From: an uncultured delta proteobacterium | GTDB taxonomy: Bacteria > Desulfobacterota > Binatia > UBA9968 | Direction: 5' to 3' | Length of the DNA stretch: 64,000 nucleotides | Assembly (NCBI GenBank): GCA_963771465.1 | Contig: CAVYTU010000010.1 | Span: 32,359-96,358, forward strand | Shown: one piece after another, positions 48,285 through 58,141 of the stretch | Numbering within the stretch: the stretch's first letter is position 1 | Layout of the letters: the number at the start of each line of letters is the position of its first letter | Program-made: the position numbers and the translations under genes | The notes under the pieces: model-generated | Database searches by the model: none | What the model saw: the letters and a program-made list of their open reading frames with translations, nothing else | Told to the model about the DNA's origin: nothing

Positions 48285-49328
48285 TCAGATCGGCGCCTCT
48301 TGAGCAAGCACACTTAAAGTCATTTTCTGCGACTGGCGCAGCAATTGGATATTGCACTTTGCGCCGATGCGCGCGCCGGTGAGCAGGCGGTGCAGATCGT
48401 CGACGCTGCGCACCGGGTTGTCATCCAGCGTGAAGATAACGTCGCCTTCGCGCAGCTCAGCGCGCTCGGCTGGACTGCCGTTTTCTAGCGAAATCACCAG
48501 CACGCCAGTTTCGACTTTGAGTTGCTGCGCGCGGACGATGGCGCGCGGAATCTCGACGGTCTGGCCGCCGAGACCGAGATAAGCGCGGCGAATTCGGCCG
48601 TTCTGAATCAATTGGCCGGCGACGAACTTCGCGGTGTTGATCGCAACCGCGAAACAAATTCCCTGTGCCGGCAGGATGACCGCGGTATTGACGCCGATCA
48701 CTTCACCATTGGAATTGACCAGCGGCCCGCCGGAGTTTCCCGGATTGAGCGCCGCATCGGTTTGAATCACGTTATCGATCAGGCGGCCCGACGAAGAGCG
48801 CAATGAGCGTCCCAGTGCGCTGACCACACCGGCGGTCACGCTGTATTGAAAGCCGTATGGATTGCCGATGGCGATGGCGAGCTGGCCGACGCGAATTGTT
48901 TCGGAATCACCGAAGCGGGCGGCGATCAAACCAGGCGCGGATATGCGAATCACGGCGAGGTCGGTGCTGGGGTCGTCGCCGACGATGCTCGCGCTCAATC
49001 GCCGTCCGTCGCTGAGGGCGACATTTAACTTGTTGGCGTCGTGGACGACGTGGCTGTTGGTCAGGATCAGTCCGTCCGGTGTGAAGATGAATCCCGAACC
49101 GCTGGCGCGCATTTCTCCGGGACCGCTGCTGCGCCGATTCCAACTCGGGTTGGCGATTTTACTGACTTCGATAAATACCACGGACGGGCTAACCGTTTCG
49201 GCGGACTGCACCACGGCCTGCGAGTAGGCGTCGAGAAGCTTGAAATCTCGGTCGGCGATAGTTGGACCTGCCGAGTGTGCGCTGCTGGTCGTATTATTTT
49301 CAACGAGTTTGAGAGCTGGGTAGGACAT
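48285..49328 (-). CDS. HtrA/DegP-like S1C serine protease with single PDZ domain
   Basis: GSGF, TNSHVV, DLAV, QTDAALNPGNSGGPL, PDZ SPAERAELREGD. Confidence 0.93.
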   Translation of the reverse strand: MSYPALKLVENNTTSSAHSAGPTIADRDFKLLDAYSQAVVQSAETVSPSVVFIEVSKIANPSWNRRSSGPGEMRASGSGFIFTPDGLILTNSHVVHDANKLNVALSDGRRLSASIVGDDPSTDLAVIRISAPGLIAARFGDSETIRVGQLAIAIGNPYGFQYSVTAGVVSALGRSLRSSSGRLIDNVIQTDAALNPGNSGGPLVNSNGEVIGVNTAVILPAQGICFAVAINTAKFVAGQLIQNGRIRRAYLGLGGQTVEIPRAIVRAQQLKVETGVLVISLENGSPAERAELREGDVIFTLDDNPVRSVDDLHRLLTGARIGAKCNIQLLRQSQKMTLSVLAQEAPI

Positions 49329-49428
49329 GGCTATTCCTTTCTCGCGCAAAGCTAATCACGGTTGGCGATCTTGTTAAGTACGCACCCGGCGGTGCTATAG
49401 TATCTAGCGGGTAACCTAGGAGATCGGA

Positions 49429-49743
49429 ATGAAAGCGAACAATAACAAATGTCCGGCCGAATTTACCTTGGCGATGATCGGCGGGCGCTGGAAGATTCCA
49501 ATTATTTTTCACCTGTTAGCGGGACGGAAACGGTTCACCGAATTGGCGCGCGCGCTCAACGGCGTGACCCAAAAAATGCTGACGCAGCAGCTCCGCGAAA
49601 TGGAGCGTAATGGCTTAGTGGCGAGAAAAGTTTTTGCTCAGATACCGCCCAGGGTTGAGTATTCGTTAACGGAATTAGGAATGAGTCTTCGCCCGGTGGT
49701 CGACGCCATGTGTCGATGGGGTGATGAGCATGGCCTGAAATAA
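49429..49743 (+). CDS. HxlR family transcriptional regulator
   Basis: CP....IGGRWK, RF.EL, TQKMLTQQLRE.E, PPRVEYSLT. Confidence 0.93.
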   Translation: MKANNNKCPAEFTLAMIGGRWKIPIIFHLLAGRKRFTELARALNGVTQKMLTQQLREMERNGLVARKVFAQIPPRVEYSLTELGMSLRPVVDAMCRWGDEHGLK

Positions 49744-49793
49744 TTGCCGAGCGTGAAAGTCGAACCTCAGCGAGCAATAACCCGCGGCTCCTC

Positions 49794-49900
49794 TCACCAA
49801 ATCACCCTATCCGCCTTCACCAACGCATTCGGGGGCGTCGCTGGGCCGATTCGTTTTGTCGCTCTCAAGCCGATGCCCGCGTCCGAACTTGTGTTGGTGA
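49794..49900 (-). pseudogene. 3' remnant of an ABC substrate-binding protein (ABC_sub_bind/DUF534 type)
   Basis: Minus strand reads ..IGLRATKRIGPATPPNALVKADRVIW*, resembling the family C-terminus INLKTAK.IG..IPP..L.RAD.VI. Confidence 0.5.
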
Positions 49901-49925
49901 GAACGGCTGATGTAGAATCTGTTAC

Positions 49926-50171
49926 ATGAACCCCAGCCACAAAAAGGTTTTACAAGAAGCGCTACGTCTTCCTGCCGAAGCGCGTGCTGCGCTGGCCGGT
50001 CGTTTGCTGGAAAGCTTAGATGGACCGGTGGACGAGGATGCGGAGGCAGCGTGGAGCAAGGAGATCGCGCGCCGCATCGACGATCTGGACAAGGGGAAAG
50101 TGAAAACTGTTGCGTGGTCCGTCGCGCGTCGTCAGATTGTCGGGTGGTCCCGTGGCTCGTCCAAGCGTTGA
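49926..50171 (+). CDS. Addiction module antitoxin (TIGR02574-like)
   Basis: ALRLP...RA.LA..LLESLD...AW..EI.RR.......G. Confidence 0.85.
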   Translation: MNPSHKKVLQEALRLPAEARAALAGRLLESLDGPVDEDAEAAWSKEIARRIDDLDKGKVKTVAWSVARRQIVGWSRGSSKR

Positions 50172-50439
50172 CGTTCACCCCGACGCGACCGCGGAAGCTA
50201 GAGCCGCCTTCCTCTGGTACTCCGAACGCAATCCGTTGGCAGCTTCTGCTTTCATCTCTGAACTCGATCATGCCGTGCGTGAAATCCGCACCCCCGAACG
50301 CTGGCCTCGGTATCTGCACGGCACGAGAAAATTTCTTTTTCGGCGTTTTCACTCCGTGATCTACCGCGTCACCGACGCGGCCATTCAAGTCATCGCGGTG
50401 GCCAATCAACGGCGCCGGCCGAAAACCAGACAACTCTAG
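50152..50439 (+). CDS. RelE/ParE family toxin (possibly degenerate)
   Basis: HPDA..E..AA..WY, P.RWP......R...RRF..VIYR, VIAVA.QRRRP; overlaps the antitoxin. Confidence 0.78.
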   Translation: MARPSVDVHPDATAEARAAFLWYSERNPLAASAFISELDHAVREIRTPERWPRYLHGTRKFLFRRFHSVIYRVTDAAIQVIAVANQRRRPKTRQL

Positions 50440-50554
50440 AGCCACCTTGGTCCAGATCAGTTGTTTGCGGAGCTGAATCGATCCTCATTTAAGAATCCAG
50501 AATTCTCCGCTATTGCCACGCATCTCGTACTTCTCCTCCGACCATTTTGCCTTT

Positions 50555-50632
50555 TTATTTTGGGACCGTCGCCGCCGGATCTAAGACGACCAGCAGCGTT
50601 ATGAACTGGGCTATGGCTTCCTGAAACGACGT
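50555..50632 (-). pseudogene. MarC-like N-terminal remnant
   Basis: AAGGAG RBS, ACG in place of ATG, then SFQEAIAQFITLLVVLDPAATVPK*. Confidence 0.4.
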
Positions 50633-50777
50633 GGTCTCTCCTTGGAAGGGACGGACAGGTTCGTGCTGCTATGGCGGCAATTTTTGCGGATAAGGTCGAG
50701 AGGATAGTAGATAGAGGATCGCAGCTCGGAGGCGAGCCATCTCCGTCCGAGACTTCGACCAGCTCGCTTGATCCGAT

Positions 50778-51989
50778 TTATGATTTCTTGGCCACCGCGG
50801 CCGGCTCTTGCTGCTCGACGACCTTGACGACTTTGCCGGGATAGGATTGCTTGTCGAACTGTAAGACGAAATATTTCGCATTAACCGGATCGCCTTTGTC
50901 GTTGAATTCGATCGAGCCGGTGATTCCTTTGAAGCCTTTCAACTTGCGCACGGCGGTGGATACGTCCGCGCGCGTCGGTTTCTTTCCTGGGTTCGCCTTC
51001 AGCCATCCTTCCATTGCTTTGATGCCGACCCTAGTGGCGTCGTAGCCGTACATGCCGAAGGATTCGATGTCTTTACCGAAGCGCTGCTTAAACTTTTTCG
51101 CGAAGGCGGCGGTTTCCGGATAAGCATCCGGCGGGCCGGCGACGCTGGTGTAATAGCTGCCCACTACCGAGCGGCCGGCGATCTTGACCATCTCCGCCGA
51201 GTCCAAACTGTCCGGTCCCATGAATTTGGCGTTCGCTCCTTTTTCTCGCAACTGTCTCAGTAGCAAACCGCCCTGGTGATAGGGGCCGGCAAAGTAAATC
51301 AACCCGGGGTTCTTGGCTTTGAGCGGTGTGATCATAGCTGAAAAATTAGCGCGCTCTTCGGTGCCTTCATAGCCCAATACGTTGAGGCCGAGCTTTTTAG
51401 CTTCGTCTCGAAAGATGGCGGCGGCGCCTTGGCCGGCCAGAGTCTTATCATGAATGATGTAGACCGACTTGAGGTTCAAGTCCTGGGCCGCGAAGCGGGC
51501 ACCCACGGGAGCTTGGACGTCGTCACGGCCGCACACGCGGTTGACATTAGGATAACGGCGGTCGGTGATTTCGGTCGCGGTGTTGGCCGGCGAGATCATC
51601 GCCAGCATGCTCTCTTTGTAAACTTCCGAGGCCGGCAGCGCGACGCCGGAATTGTAATGGCCGATCAAAACTAGGACATCCGGATCGGCGACTAGATGGC
51701 GCGCGTTGGCGACGCCAACCTCCGGCTTCGCCTGGTCGTCGTAGGGCACCAATACCAAATCGTAGCCCAGCGCTTTGAAAGCCTTGACCGCCTCTTCCAC
51801 CGCGAGTTGCGCGCCGAGCTTGATGTGTTCGCCAAATGCCGACTGCTCGCCGGAGAGCGGCCCCTGCACGGCGATTTTGATCTTGCCTTTCTGGGCCCAC
51901 GAAGAAGCAGGTACAGCGGAAATCGCCGCAAACAAGAAAATCAATGACAATCGTTTTAGCGCAGCGAAGGGGCTTCTTCGGTTTAACAT
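50778..51989 (-). CDS. Branched-chain amino acid ABC transporter substrate-binding protein, paralog of 45192-46379
   Basis: Long identical blocks with the other copy (LAMISPANTATEITDR.YPNVNRVCGRDDVQ; YYTSVAGPPDAYPETAAFAKKFKQRFGKD). Confidence 0.92.
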   Translation of the reverse strand: MLNRRSPFAALKRLSLIFLFAAISAVPASSWAQKGKIKIAVQGPLSGEQSAFGEHIKLGAQLAVEEAVKAFKALGYDLVLVPYDDQAKPEVGVANARHLVADPDVLVLIGHYNSGVALPASEVYKESMLAMISPANTATEITDRRYPNVNRVCGRDDVQAPVGARFAAQDLNLKSVYIIHDKTLAGQGAAAIFRDEAKKLGLNVLGYEGTEERANFSAMITPLKAKNPGLIYFAGPYHQGGLLLRQLREKGANAKFMGPDSLDSAEMVKIAGRSVVGSYYTSVAGPPDAYPETAAFAKKFKQRFGKDIESFGMYGYDATRVGIKAMEGWLKANPGKKPTRADVSTAVRKLKGFKGITGSIEFNDKGDPVNAKYFVLQFDKQSYPGKVVKVVEQQEPAAVAKKS

Positions 51990-52162
51990 GGCGTCAAGAT
52001 AACAAATAGTCGGCGAGTGCGCCATTAGATTCCATTAGCACGACGACTAACAACGAGACATCGGGTTTTTTCAAAGCTTGTGTGGTCAGGCATCATTGCG
52101 TGGGTGCGCCTATGACGAAACGTCCGTTGACAGCCTCTCAAGCTAAACGATACTTTGGGATC

Positions 52163-52555
52163 ATGATCATCAGCACGGGCGTCGATTTGGCCGAAGTCGA
52201 ACGCATCCAAGCGGCGCTTGAAGATCCGCGCATCGGCCGGCGTTTTCGCGACCGCGTGTTCACCGAGAAAGAAATCGCCTACTGCGAGAAAAAAAAACTC
52301 CGCGGCAAGTACGAGAGCTACGCTGGACGGTTCGCGGCTAAGGAAGCTGTCATGAAAGCGCTCGGGCGCGGCTGGGGCGCGAAGGTGCGCTGGCTCGATA
52401 TCGAAGTGGCGCGGGCGCGCAGCGGCAAACCGGATATTGTTTTACATGACAAGACCGCGAAGCTTGCCGAGGAGCTGGGCATTCGCCGCTGGGCGCTGTC
52501 GATTACGCACACCAAGCATCATGGGTTGGCATTTGTGATCGCGCAGGATGAATAA
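52163..52555 (+). CDS. acpS: Holo-ACP synthase
   Basis: GVDLAEVERI, AGRFAAKEAVMKALG, SGKP, SITH; TTGACA upstream. Confidence 0.95.
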   Translation: MIISTGVDLAEVERIQAALEDPRIGRRFRDRVFTEKEIAYCEKKKLRGKYESYAGRFAAKEAVMKALGRGWGAKVRWLDIEVARARSGKPDIVLHDKTAKLAEELGIRRWALSITHTKHHGLAFVIAQDE

Positions 52556-52624
52556 TGAAAATAGCGGCGCGATTCAGCGCCGCCTCGGACGAAACTCACG
52601 ATGCGGCGACTGCAAAAAACCGTG

Positions 52625-52861
52625 TCATTGGTCTTTTCGCACCGGCAGTACAAACAAAGCTCCGAGGGCCCAGATGCCGCCGATCAGGCCGCCGATGGTC
52701 CAACCGATTACACTGCGCCGGCTGTGATTGGCGATGACGCCACAGAGGATGGCGTCGAGCAGATGCACGAGCGCGGCGGTCGGCAACAATGATGTCGACG
52801 CCATGTCGGGTTTGATGATCAGCAGTCCAGTGAAGTATCCAACCAGGTGATTGAAATCCAT
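52625..52861 (-). CDS. Small membrane protein
   Basis: 78 aa, hydrophobic; HLLDAILC..IA...RS...WT..GLI.GIWAL. Confidence 0.6.
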   Translation of the reverse strand: MDFNHLVGYFTGLLIIKPDMASTSLLPTAALVHLLDAILCGVIANHSRRSVIGWTIGGLIGGIWALGALFVLPVRKDQ

Positions 52862-52927
52862 GAGCGGCCCTTGACGCTTTGTTCGGTGAGCTAATATACT
52901 CGGTCTCCGCAAAATTGAAACAATCCT

Positions 52928-53959
52928 ATGGTAGTTAAAACGATCCAATGGAAAAACGATCGGGTGGTCATGCTCGACCAGCGTTTGCTGCCACATAAAG
53001 AGGTGTACCGGGTCTGTCGCGATTACAACGAAGTTGCCGAAGCGATCCGCAATATGGTCATCCGCGGCGCGCCGGCGATCGGTGTGGCGGCGGCCATGGG
53101 CGTCGCACTGGGCATGCTCGCAACGCCGGAGAAGTCGTTCGATCGTGAGTTCGACCGTGTCGTGCTCACTTTGGGCAAGACGCGGCCCACGGCGGTGAAT
53201 TTGTTCTGGGCGTTGCAGCGCATGCGCGATGTTTATTCCAGTACCCGCAGCCACGGTGTTGCCGCGGTGCAACGGGCGCTCAAAGATGAGGCGCAGAAGA
53301 TTTATCGGGACGACATCGCCGCCAACAAACAAATTGGCAAATACGGCGCCAGTCTGATGCGCAATGCCAAGCGGATCATGACCCATTGCAACGCCGGTGC
53401 GCTGGCCACGGCGGGCTACGGCACGGCGCTTGGCGTGCTTCGAGCGCTCAAAGATCGGGGCTGCAAATTTGAAGTTTTCGTAAACGAGACGCGGCCATTT
53501 CTCCAAGGTGCTAGGCTGACGGCATGGGAGCTTAAGAAGGAGAAAATTGCCGCGACGTTAATCACCGACAACATGGCCGGTTATTTGATGCAGAAAGGCA
53601 AAGTCGACGCGGTCGTGGTCGGCTGCGATCGCATTGCGGCCAATGGCGATGTGGCGAACAAGATCGGCACTTACATGATTGCTGTTTTGGCCAAGCGGCA
53701 CGGCATTCCGTTCTATGTCGCCGGACCGACTTCATCCATCGATATGGACTGTGCCTCCGGCAATGAAATTCCCATCGAGCAGCGCGATCCCAAAGAGGTG
53801 TCGCATATGTTCGGCAAGCCGCTGGCGCCCAAGGGGATGAAAGTATTCAATCCAGCCTTCGACGTGACGGCGCAAGACTTGATCTCGGCTATCATTACCG
53901 AGAAGGGAGTGATAAATCCTCCCTATCAACAGAATATTCGAAGCTATGTCAGTCATTGA
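52928..53959 (+). CDS. mtnA: Methylthioribose-1-phosphate isomerase
   Basis: RGAPAIG, RPTAVNL, THCNAGALAT, ETRP.LQGARLT, ANKIGT. Confidence 0.96.
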   Translation: MVVKTIQWKNDRVVMLDQRLLPHKEVYRVCRDYNEVAEAIRNMVIRGAPAIGVAAAMGVALGMLATPEKSFDREFDRVVLTLGKTRPTAVNLFWALQRMRDVYSSTRSHGVAAVQRALKDEAQKIYRDDIAANKQIGKYGASLMRNAKRIMTHCNAGALATAGYGTALGVLRALKDRGCKFEVFVNETRPFLQGARLTAWELKKEKIAATLITDNMAGYLMQKGKVDAVVVGCDRIAANGDVANKIGTYMIAVLAKRHGIPFYVAGPTSSIDMDCASGNEIPIEQRDPKEVSHMFGKPLAPKGMKVFNPAFDVTAQDLISAIITEKGVINPPYQQNIRSYVSH

Positions 53960-55289
53960 GAAACACGACGAGCTCGAAGCCTATTTTCACGAGGCGGGCA
54001 AGCCACGCGAGCGCTGGCGGGTCGGCACCGAGTACGAAAAAGTCGGTATCGACCGCAACACCGGCCAGGCGATTCCTTATTTCGGCGCGCGCGGCGTTGA
54101 ATCCATTCTCCGCGAATTGATCGAGCGCTTTGGTTGGGAGCCGGAAGAACAAGACGGCCACATCATCGCGCTCAGCCGCGACCGGGCGCAGATTACGCTG
54201 GAACCCGGCGGGCAGATCGAGCTAAGCGGCGAGCCGTGCGAAAGCATTCACTGCACCTACGCCGAATTCAATCAGCATATCCACGAACTGATCGAAGTGT
54301 GCGAGCCTCTGGGAATTATCTTTCTCGGCCTCGGCATGCAGCCGGTCAGCACACTCGATGAAATCCAATGGGTGCCGAAACAGCGCTATCGCATCATGGG
54401 GCCGTATATGCCGACCGTCGGTACGCTCGGCCAACGCATGATGAAGCAGACCGCGACGGTGCAAGCGAACATCGATTTTCTCGACCAAAAAGATGCGATG
54501 ATGAAGTTTCGCACCGGCATGGGTTTGGCGCCGATCTTGATCGCCATGTTCGCCAACTCACCGATCTGTGACGGGAAGCTGAACGGCTACCGAAGTTTTC
54601 GCGAACATATCTGGACCGACACCGATAAAAACCGCCAGGGCTTGCTGAAATTCGCCTTCGCCCCGGAAGCTTCATTCGCTCACTACGTCGACTATGCCCT
54701 CGACGTGCCGATGTATTTCATCATCCGGCACCACAAATATCACGACATGACCAGCATGACCTTTCGCCAGTATCTCCAATACGGCCATCATGGCGAGCGG
54801 GCGACCATCGAAGATTGGGGCGATCATTTAACCACGCTGTTTCCTGAAACGCGCATCAAACGCTATATCGAGATTCGTTCCGTCGACAGCCAACCCCCCG
54901 AGCTGATGCCGGCGCTGTCGGCGCTCACCAAAGGCGCGTTCTATGACAATGATTGTCTGCTGGCAACCTGGGATCTGGTCAAAGGCTGGACCTGGGACGA
55001 GCGCATGGAGGTTTATCTAGATTCCCATGTGAATGCTCTGGCGACGCGCTTCCGGCGTCATACGCTGCTCGATTTGGCGCGGGAGTTTTTTGAAATCGCG
55101 TGGGAAGGACTGCGCCGGCAGAACGTCGTTAACGAGCTTGGCGACGATGAGACGATTTATCTAAAACCGCTAAAGGATTTGCTGGACCAGGGGAAATGTC
55201 CCGCCGACATCGTGCTGGAAAAATGGCAAGGTGAGTTGCACAAAGATATCAAGAAATTAATCGCCTACAGCGCCTATAAGCTGCCGTGA
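53946..55289 (+). CDS. gshA: Glutamate--cysteine ligase (GCS2, plant/alphaproteobacterial type)
   Basis: GTEYEK, LEPGGQIELSG, MMKQTATVQAN.D, HLTTLFPE.R.K.Y.E.R. Confidence 0.88.
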   Translation: MSVIEKHDELEAYFHEAGKPRERWRVGTEYEKVGIDRNTGQAIPYFGARGVESILRELIERFGWEPEEQDGHIIALSRDRAQITLEPGGQIELSGEPCESIHCTYAEFNQHIHELIEVCEPLGIIFLGLGMQPVSTLDEIQWVPKQRYRIMGPYMPTVGTLGQRMMKQTATVQANIDFLDQKDAMMKFRTGMGLAPILIAMFANSPICDGKLNGYRSFREHIWTDTDKNRQGLLKFAFAPEASFAHYVDYALDVPMYFIIRHHKYHDMTSMTFRQYLQYGHHGERATIEDWGDHLTTLFPETRIKRYIEIRSVDSQPPELMPALSALTKGAFYDNDCLLATWDLVKGWTWDERMEVYLDSHVNALATRFRRHTLLDLAREFFEIAWEGLRRQNVVNELGDDETIYLKPLKDLLDQGKCPADIVLEKWQGELHKDIKKLIAYSAYKLP

Positions 55290-55344
55290 GCTTCGCCGGC
55301 CTGTGTTGGCATGACGGATTCCTCACTTTCCCGCGTTAGCGATT

Positions 55345-56424
55345 CTATCCACTCGCGAAATTGACATGGACCCATCGTCGGTGGTCCAGGTCCACTATTC
55401 GCGCTGCGATTTCGTTTTCCTCCACACCGGTAAATTTTTTCAAGTAGCGTCGCTTGAGTTCGGTTATTCTACGAACGCTGTCTTCGACCCGCGCGCGCAC
55501 AACGGGGTCGCGTTCCGCTTCATCACAGAGAAATTCGAAGGCTTGAATCGCCTTGGCCGATTCATGGCAGAAGAGCAGTACGTCTACACCGGCGCGAACC
55601 GCACGCGCTGTGGCCTCTTCAACTTGGAAGTTGTCGGTGATCGCTTTCATCTCCATATCGTCGCTGAAAACCACCCCGTCGTAACCGAGCTGATGGCGCA
55701 AGAGACCGGTGACGATGGGCTCGGATAAGGTCGCGGGCAACTCGGCGTCGAGAGCGGGGTAGAGAACATGCGCGGTCATCAGCGATTCGATTCCATTACG
55801 GGTCGCGTCAGCGAATGGCGCCAGTTCGACGGCGCGCAGTTCATCCAGCAATTTTCTTACCGTTGGCAGTTCCAGATGGGAGTCTTTCTCGGTGTCGCCG
55901 TGGCCGGGAAAATGTTTGCCGCAAGGGATGATGCCACCGTCTCGTAACCCCTGCGCCCATGCCGAGGCGATCTCGACGACTTGCTTAGGATCGGCGGCGA
56001 AAGCGCGGTCGCCGATGATCGGATTGGCTGAATTGGAATTGACATCGAGCACCGGCGCGAAGTTAAGATTGACTCCGACTAAATTGAGCTCGTCTGCCAT
56101 AGCTTGGCCGAGCCGGCGCGCGAGGTCGGCATTTTTACCCTCGCCAATCCGTGCCGCGGCGGGAAAGTGCGTGAACGGTTGTGGTAGTCGATGTACTTGT
56201 CCGCCTTCCTGGTCGATGGCAATGAACGGCGGCGGTTCGTCTGCCGATTCCCATAGACTGCGGCACAGCGAAAGAATTTGAGCCGGTTCGGCGCAGTTCC
56301 GTTTAGATAGGATAACGCCGCCGAATTGATATTCGGCAAAGATCAGTTGCTCATCGCGCGTTAGGCTGTCGCCTCGGCAGCCGACGAGAAACATTTGGCC
56401 GATTTTCTCGCGTAGGGCGTTCAT
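55345..56424 (-). CDS. nagZ: Beta-N-acetylhexosaminidase (GH3)
   Basis: DQEGG.V, APVLD, KHFPGHG...DSH, SDDMEM. Confidence 0.93.
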   Translation of the reverse strand: MNALREKIGQMFLVGCRGDSLTRDEQLIFAEYQFGGVILSKRNCAEPAQILSLCRSLWESADEPPPFIAIDQEGGQVHRLPQPFTHFPAAARIGEGKNADLARRLGQAMADELNLVGVNLNFAPVLDVNSNSANPIIGDRAFAADPKQVVEIASAWAQGLRDGGIIPCGKHFPGHGDTEKDSHLELPTVRKLLDELRAVELAPFADATRNGIESLMTAHVLYPALDAELPATLSEPIVTGLLRHQLGYDGVVFSDDMEMKAITDNFQVEEATARAVRAGVDVLLFCHESAKAIQAFEFLCDEAERDPVVRARVEDSVRRITELKRRYLKKFTGVEENEIAARIVDLDHRRWVHVNFASG

Positions 56425-56485
56425 CGAACGCCAATATAACACAACCTAGACAACCTTTCGGTCTCCGTGTAAATTCATGCGATAA

Positions 56486-57127
56486 ATGCCCAAGGCGAAG
56501 TACATAGTGGTCGAAGGCCCCATCGGTGTGGGCAAAACCAGCCTGGCGAAGATCTTGGCCAACGAGTTTCAGGCGCGGACGATTTTTGAGCGCATCGAGG
56601 ACAATCCATTTCTGCCCAAGTTTTACCAATCCCGGGAGACCTACGCGTTCCAAAATCAGACCTTCTTTCTGCTCAACCGCTATCAGCAGCAAATGGAGTT
56701 GGCGCAGCACGACCTTTTCAACCAGAACGCGATCGCCGACTATCTCTTCGCCAAGGACCAAATTTTCGCGACATTGACTTTGAGCGCCGAGGAGTTGAAT
56801 CTGTATCAGCAGATTTATGCGCTGTTGAATACTCGGGTGCCCAAACCGGATATGGTCGTCTACCTCCAGGCTCGGCCTGAGGTGCTTTACAAAAGGGTTA
56901 AAAAACGGGATAAGAAATACGAGCGAAGCGTGACCTTCGACTACCTTACCGAAGTCGCTCAGGCGTACAATCAGTTCTTCTTTCACTATGATGAGACGCC
57001 TTTGCTGGTGGTAAACACTTCGGAGATTGATTTCGTGGCGAGCAGCAAGGATCTGGCTGACTTGATCAAGGAGATCAATAATATGGGGTCGGGCACGCAG
57101 CACTTTATACCGCTTGGATCCAGGTAG
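56486..57127 (+). CDS. Deoxynucleoside kinase
   Basis: EGPIGVGKTSL, NPFL..FY, PDMVVYLQA. Confidence 0.92.
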   Translation: MPKAKYIVVEGPIGVGKTSLAKILANEFQARTIFERIEDNPFLPKFYQSRETYAFQNQTFFLLNRYQQQMELAQHDLFNQNAIADYLFAKDQIFATLTLSAEELNLYQQIYALLNTRVPKPDMVVYLQARPEVLYKRVKKRDKKYERSVTFDYLTEVAQAYNQFFFHYDETPLLVVNTSEIDFVASSKDLADLIKEINNMGSGTQHFIPLGSR

Positions 57128-57232
57128 TCGGACCGAGACGGATGCCCAAAGGCGTTTTTGGGGGAGAGTCAGCGGCTCTCCTGCTGCCCGCGTTGGCCTT
57201 CCGGTTTCGTCCGGAGGGCTTTTGTATTTTTG
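57128..57232 (+). promoter_or_regulatory. Candidate pan RNA motif / attenuator upstream of panB
   Basis: GACCGAGACGG can pair with CCTTCCGGTT (bulged A), in competition with terminator GCCTTCCGG/CCGGAGGGC plus T tract. Confidence 0.55.
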
Positions 57233-57244
57233 GAGGGTAGCATC

Positions 57245-58048
57245 ATGGGCGACAAGATCACCGTACCGCATATTCAGAAAATGAAGCAGCGCGGCGAGAA
57301 GATGACCTGTTTGACCGCTTACGATTATTCCTTCGCGCGGATTCTCGACGAGGCGGGCGTGGAAATGCTTTTGGTCGGCGATTCTCTGGGCTGCGTCATT
57401 CAGGGCGGCCAGAATACCTTGTCGGTAACCATGGACGAGATGATCTACCACACCCGCGCGGTGGTGCGCGGCCGTAAACGCGCCCTGGTGATTGGCGATA
57501 TGCCGTTCATGTCCTATCAAGTGAGCAAAGAGCAGGCGCTGCAAAATGCCGGGCGATTTTTCCAGGAGGCGGGCGCCGAGGCGATCAAACTCGAAGGCGG
57601 CGTCGCCGTACGCGATTCGATCCAGGCGATCGTCCAGGCCGGTATGCCGGTGATGGCTCATATCGGTCTCACGCCGCAGTCGGTGCATCAGTTTGGCGGC
57701 TACAAGGTTCAAGGCCGCGAGAAGAACCGGCGCGAAATGGTTTTGCGCGATGCCGCCGCTGTCGAAGAAGCGGGCGCCTTCTCCGTTGTCTTGGAGGGTA
57801 TGCCGCTCGACCTGGCGCAGGAAATCACCGAGCGGCTGACGATCCCGACCATCGGTATCGGCGCGGGCGCGCACTGCGATGGGCAGGTTTTGGTTATCCA
57901 TGACATGCTCGGTCTGTTCGACGATTTCACGCCCAAATTCGTCAAACGATATGGCGACGTTAAAAGCATCATGACCGGGGCGGTTAAGGAATTCATCGGC
58001 GAAGTGAAGGAACAGAAATTTCCGGCGGAGGAACACTCGTTTAAGTAG
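57245..58048 (+). CDS. panB: 3-methyl-2-oxobutanoate hydroxymethyltransferase
   Basis: LTAYD, LVGDS, DMPF, KLEGG, HIGLTPQ, GIGAG..CDGQVLV. Confidence 0.97.
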   Translation: MGDKITVPHIQKMKQRGEKMTCLTAYDYSFARILDEAGVEMLLVGDSLGCVIQGGQNTLSVTMDEMIYHTRAVVRGRKRALVIGDMPFMSYQVSKEQALQNAGRFFQEAGAEAIKLEGGVAVRDSIQAIVQAGMPVMAHIGLTPQSVHQFGGYKVQGREKNRREMVLRDAAAVEEAGAFSVVLEGMPLDLAQEITERLTIPTIGIGAGAHCDGQVLVIHDMLGLFDDFTPKFVKRYGDVKSIMTGAVKEFIGEVKEQKFPAEEHSFK

Positions 58049-58051
58049 GAT

Positions 58052-58121
58052 CGGGGTAATGCCCTTTTGCTGTACTGGAGCGTTGGGCCATTACTCCATG
58101 ACTGCAATACTCGAGCATTCC
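58052..58121. repeat. 8-mer tandem repeat with inverted arm
   Basis: ..TACTGGAGCGTTGG gCCATTACTCCA TGACTGCA ATACTCGA GCATTCC between panB and panC. Confidence 0.55.
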
Positions 58122-58141
58122 GACTGATTGGGTTTACAGCT

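Noticed and set aside
52862-53506. 293-aa minus-strand ORF
   Set aside because: Mostly antisense to mtnA. Only the last 78 aa look like a real gene.
56351-58036. 561-aa minus-strand ORF
   Set aside because: Antisense shadow of dnk-panB with no recognisable motifs.
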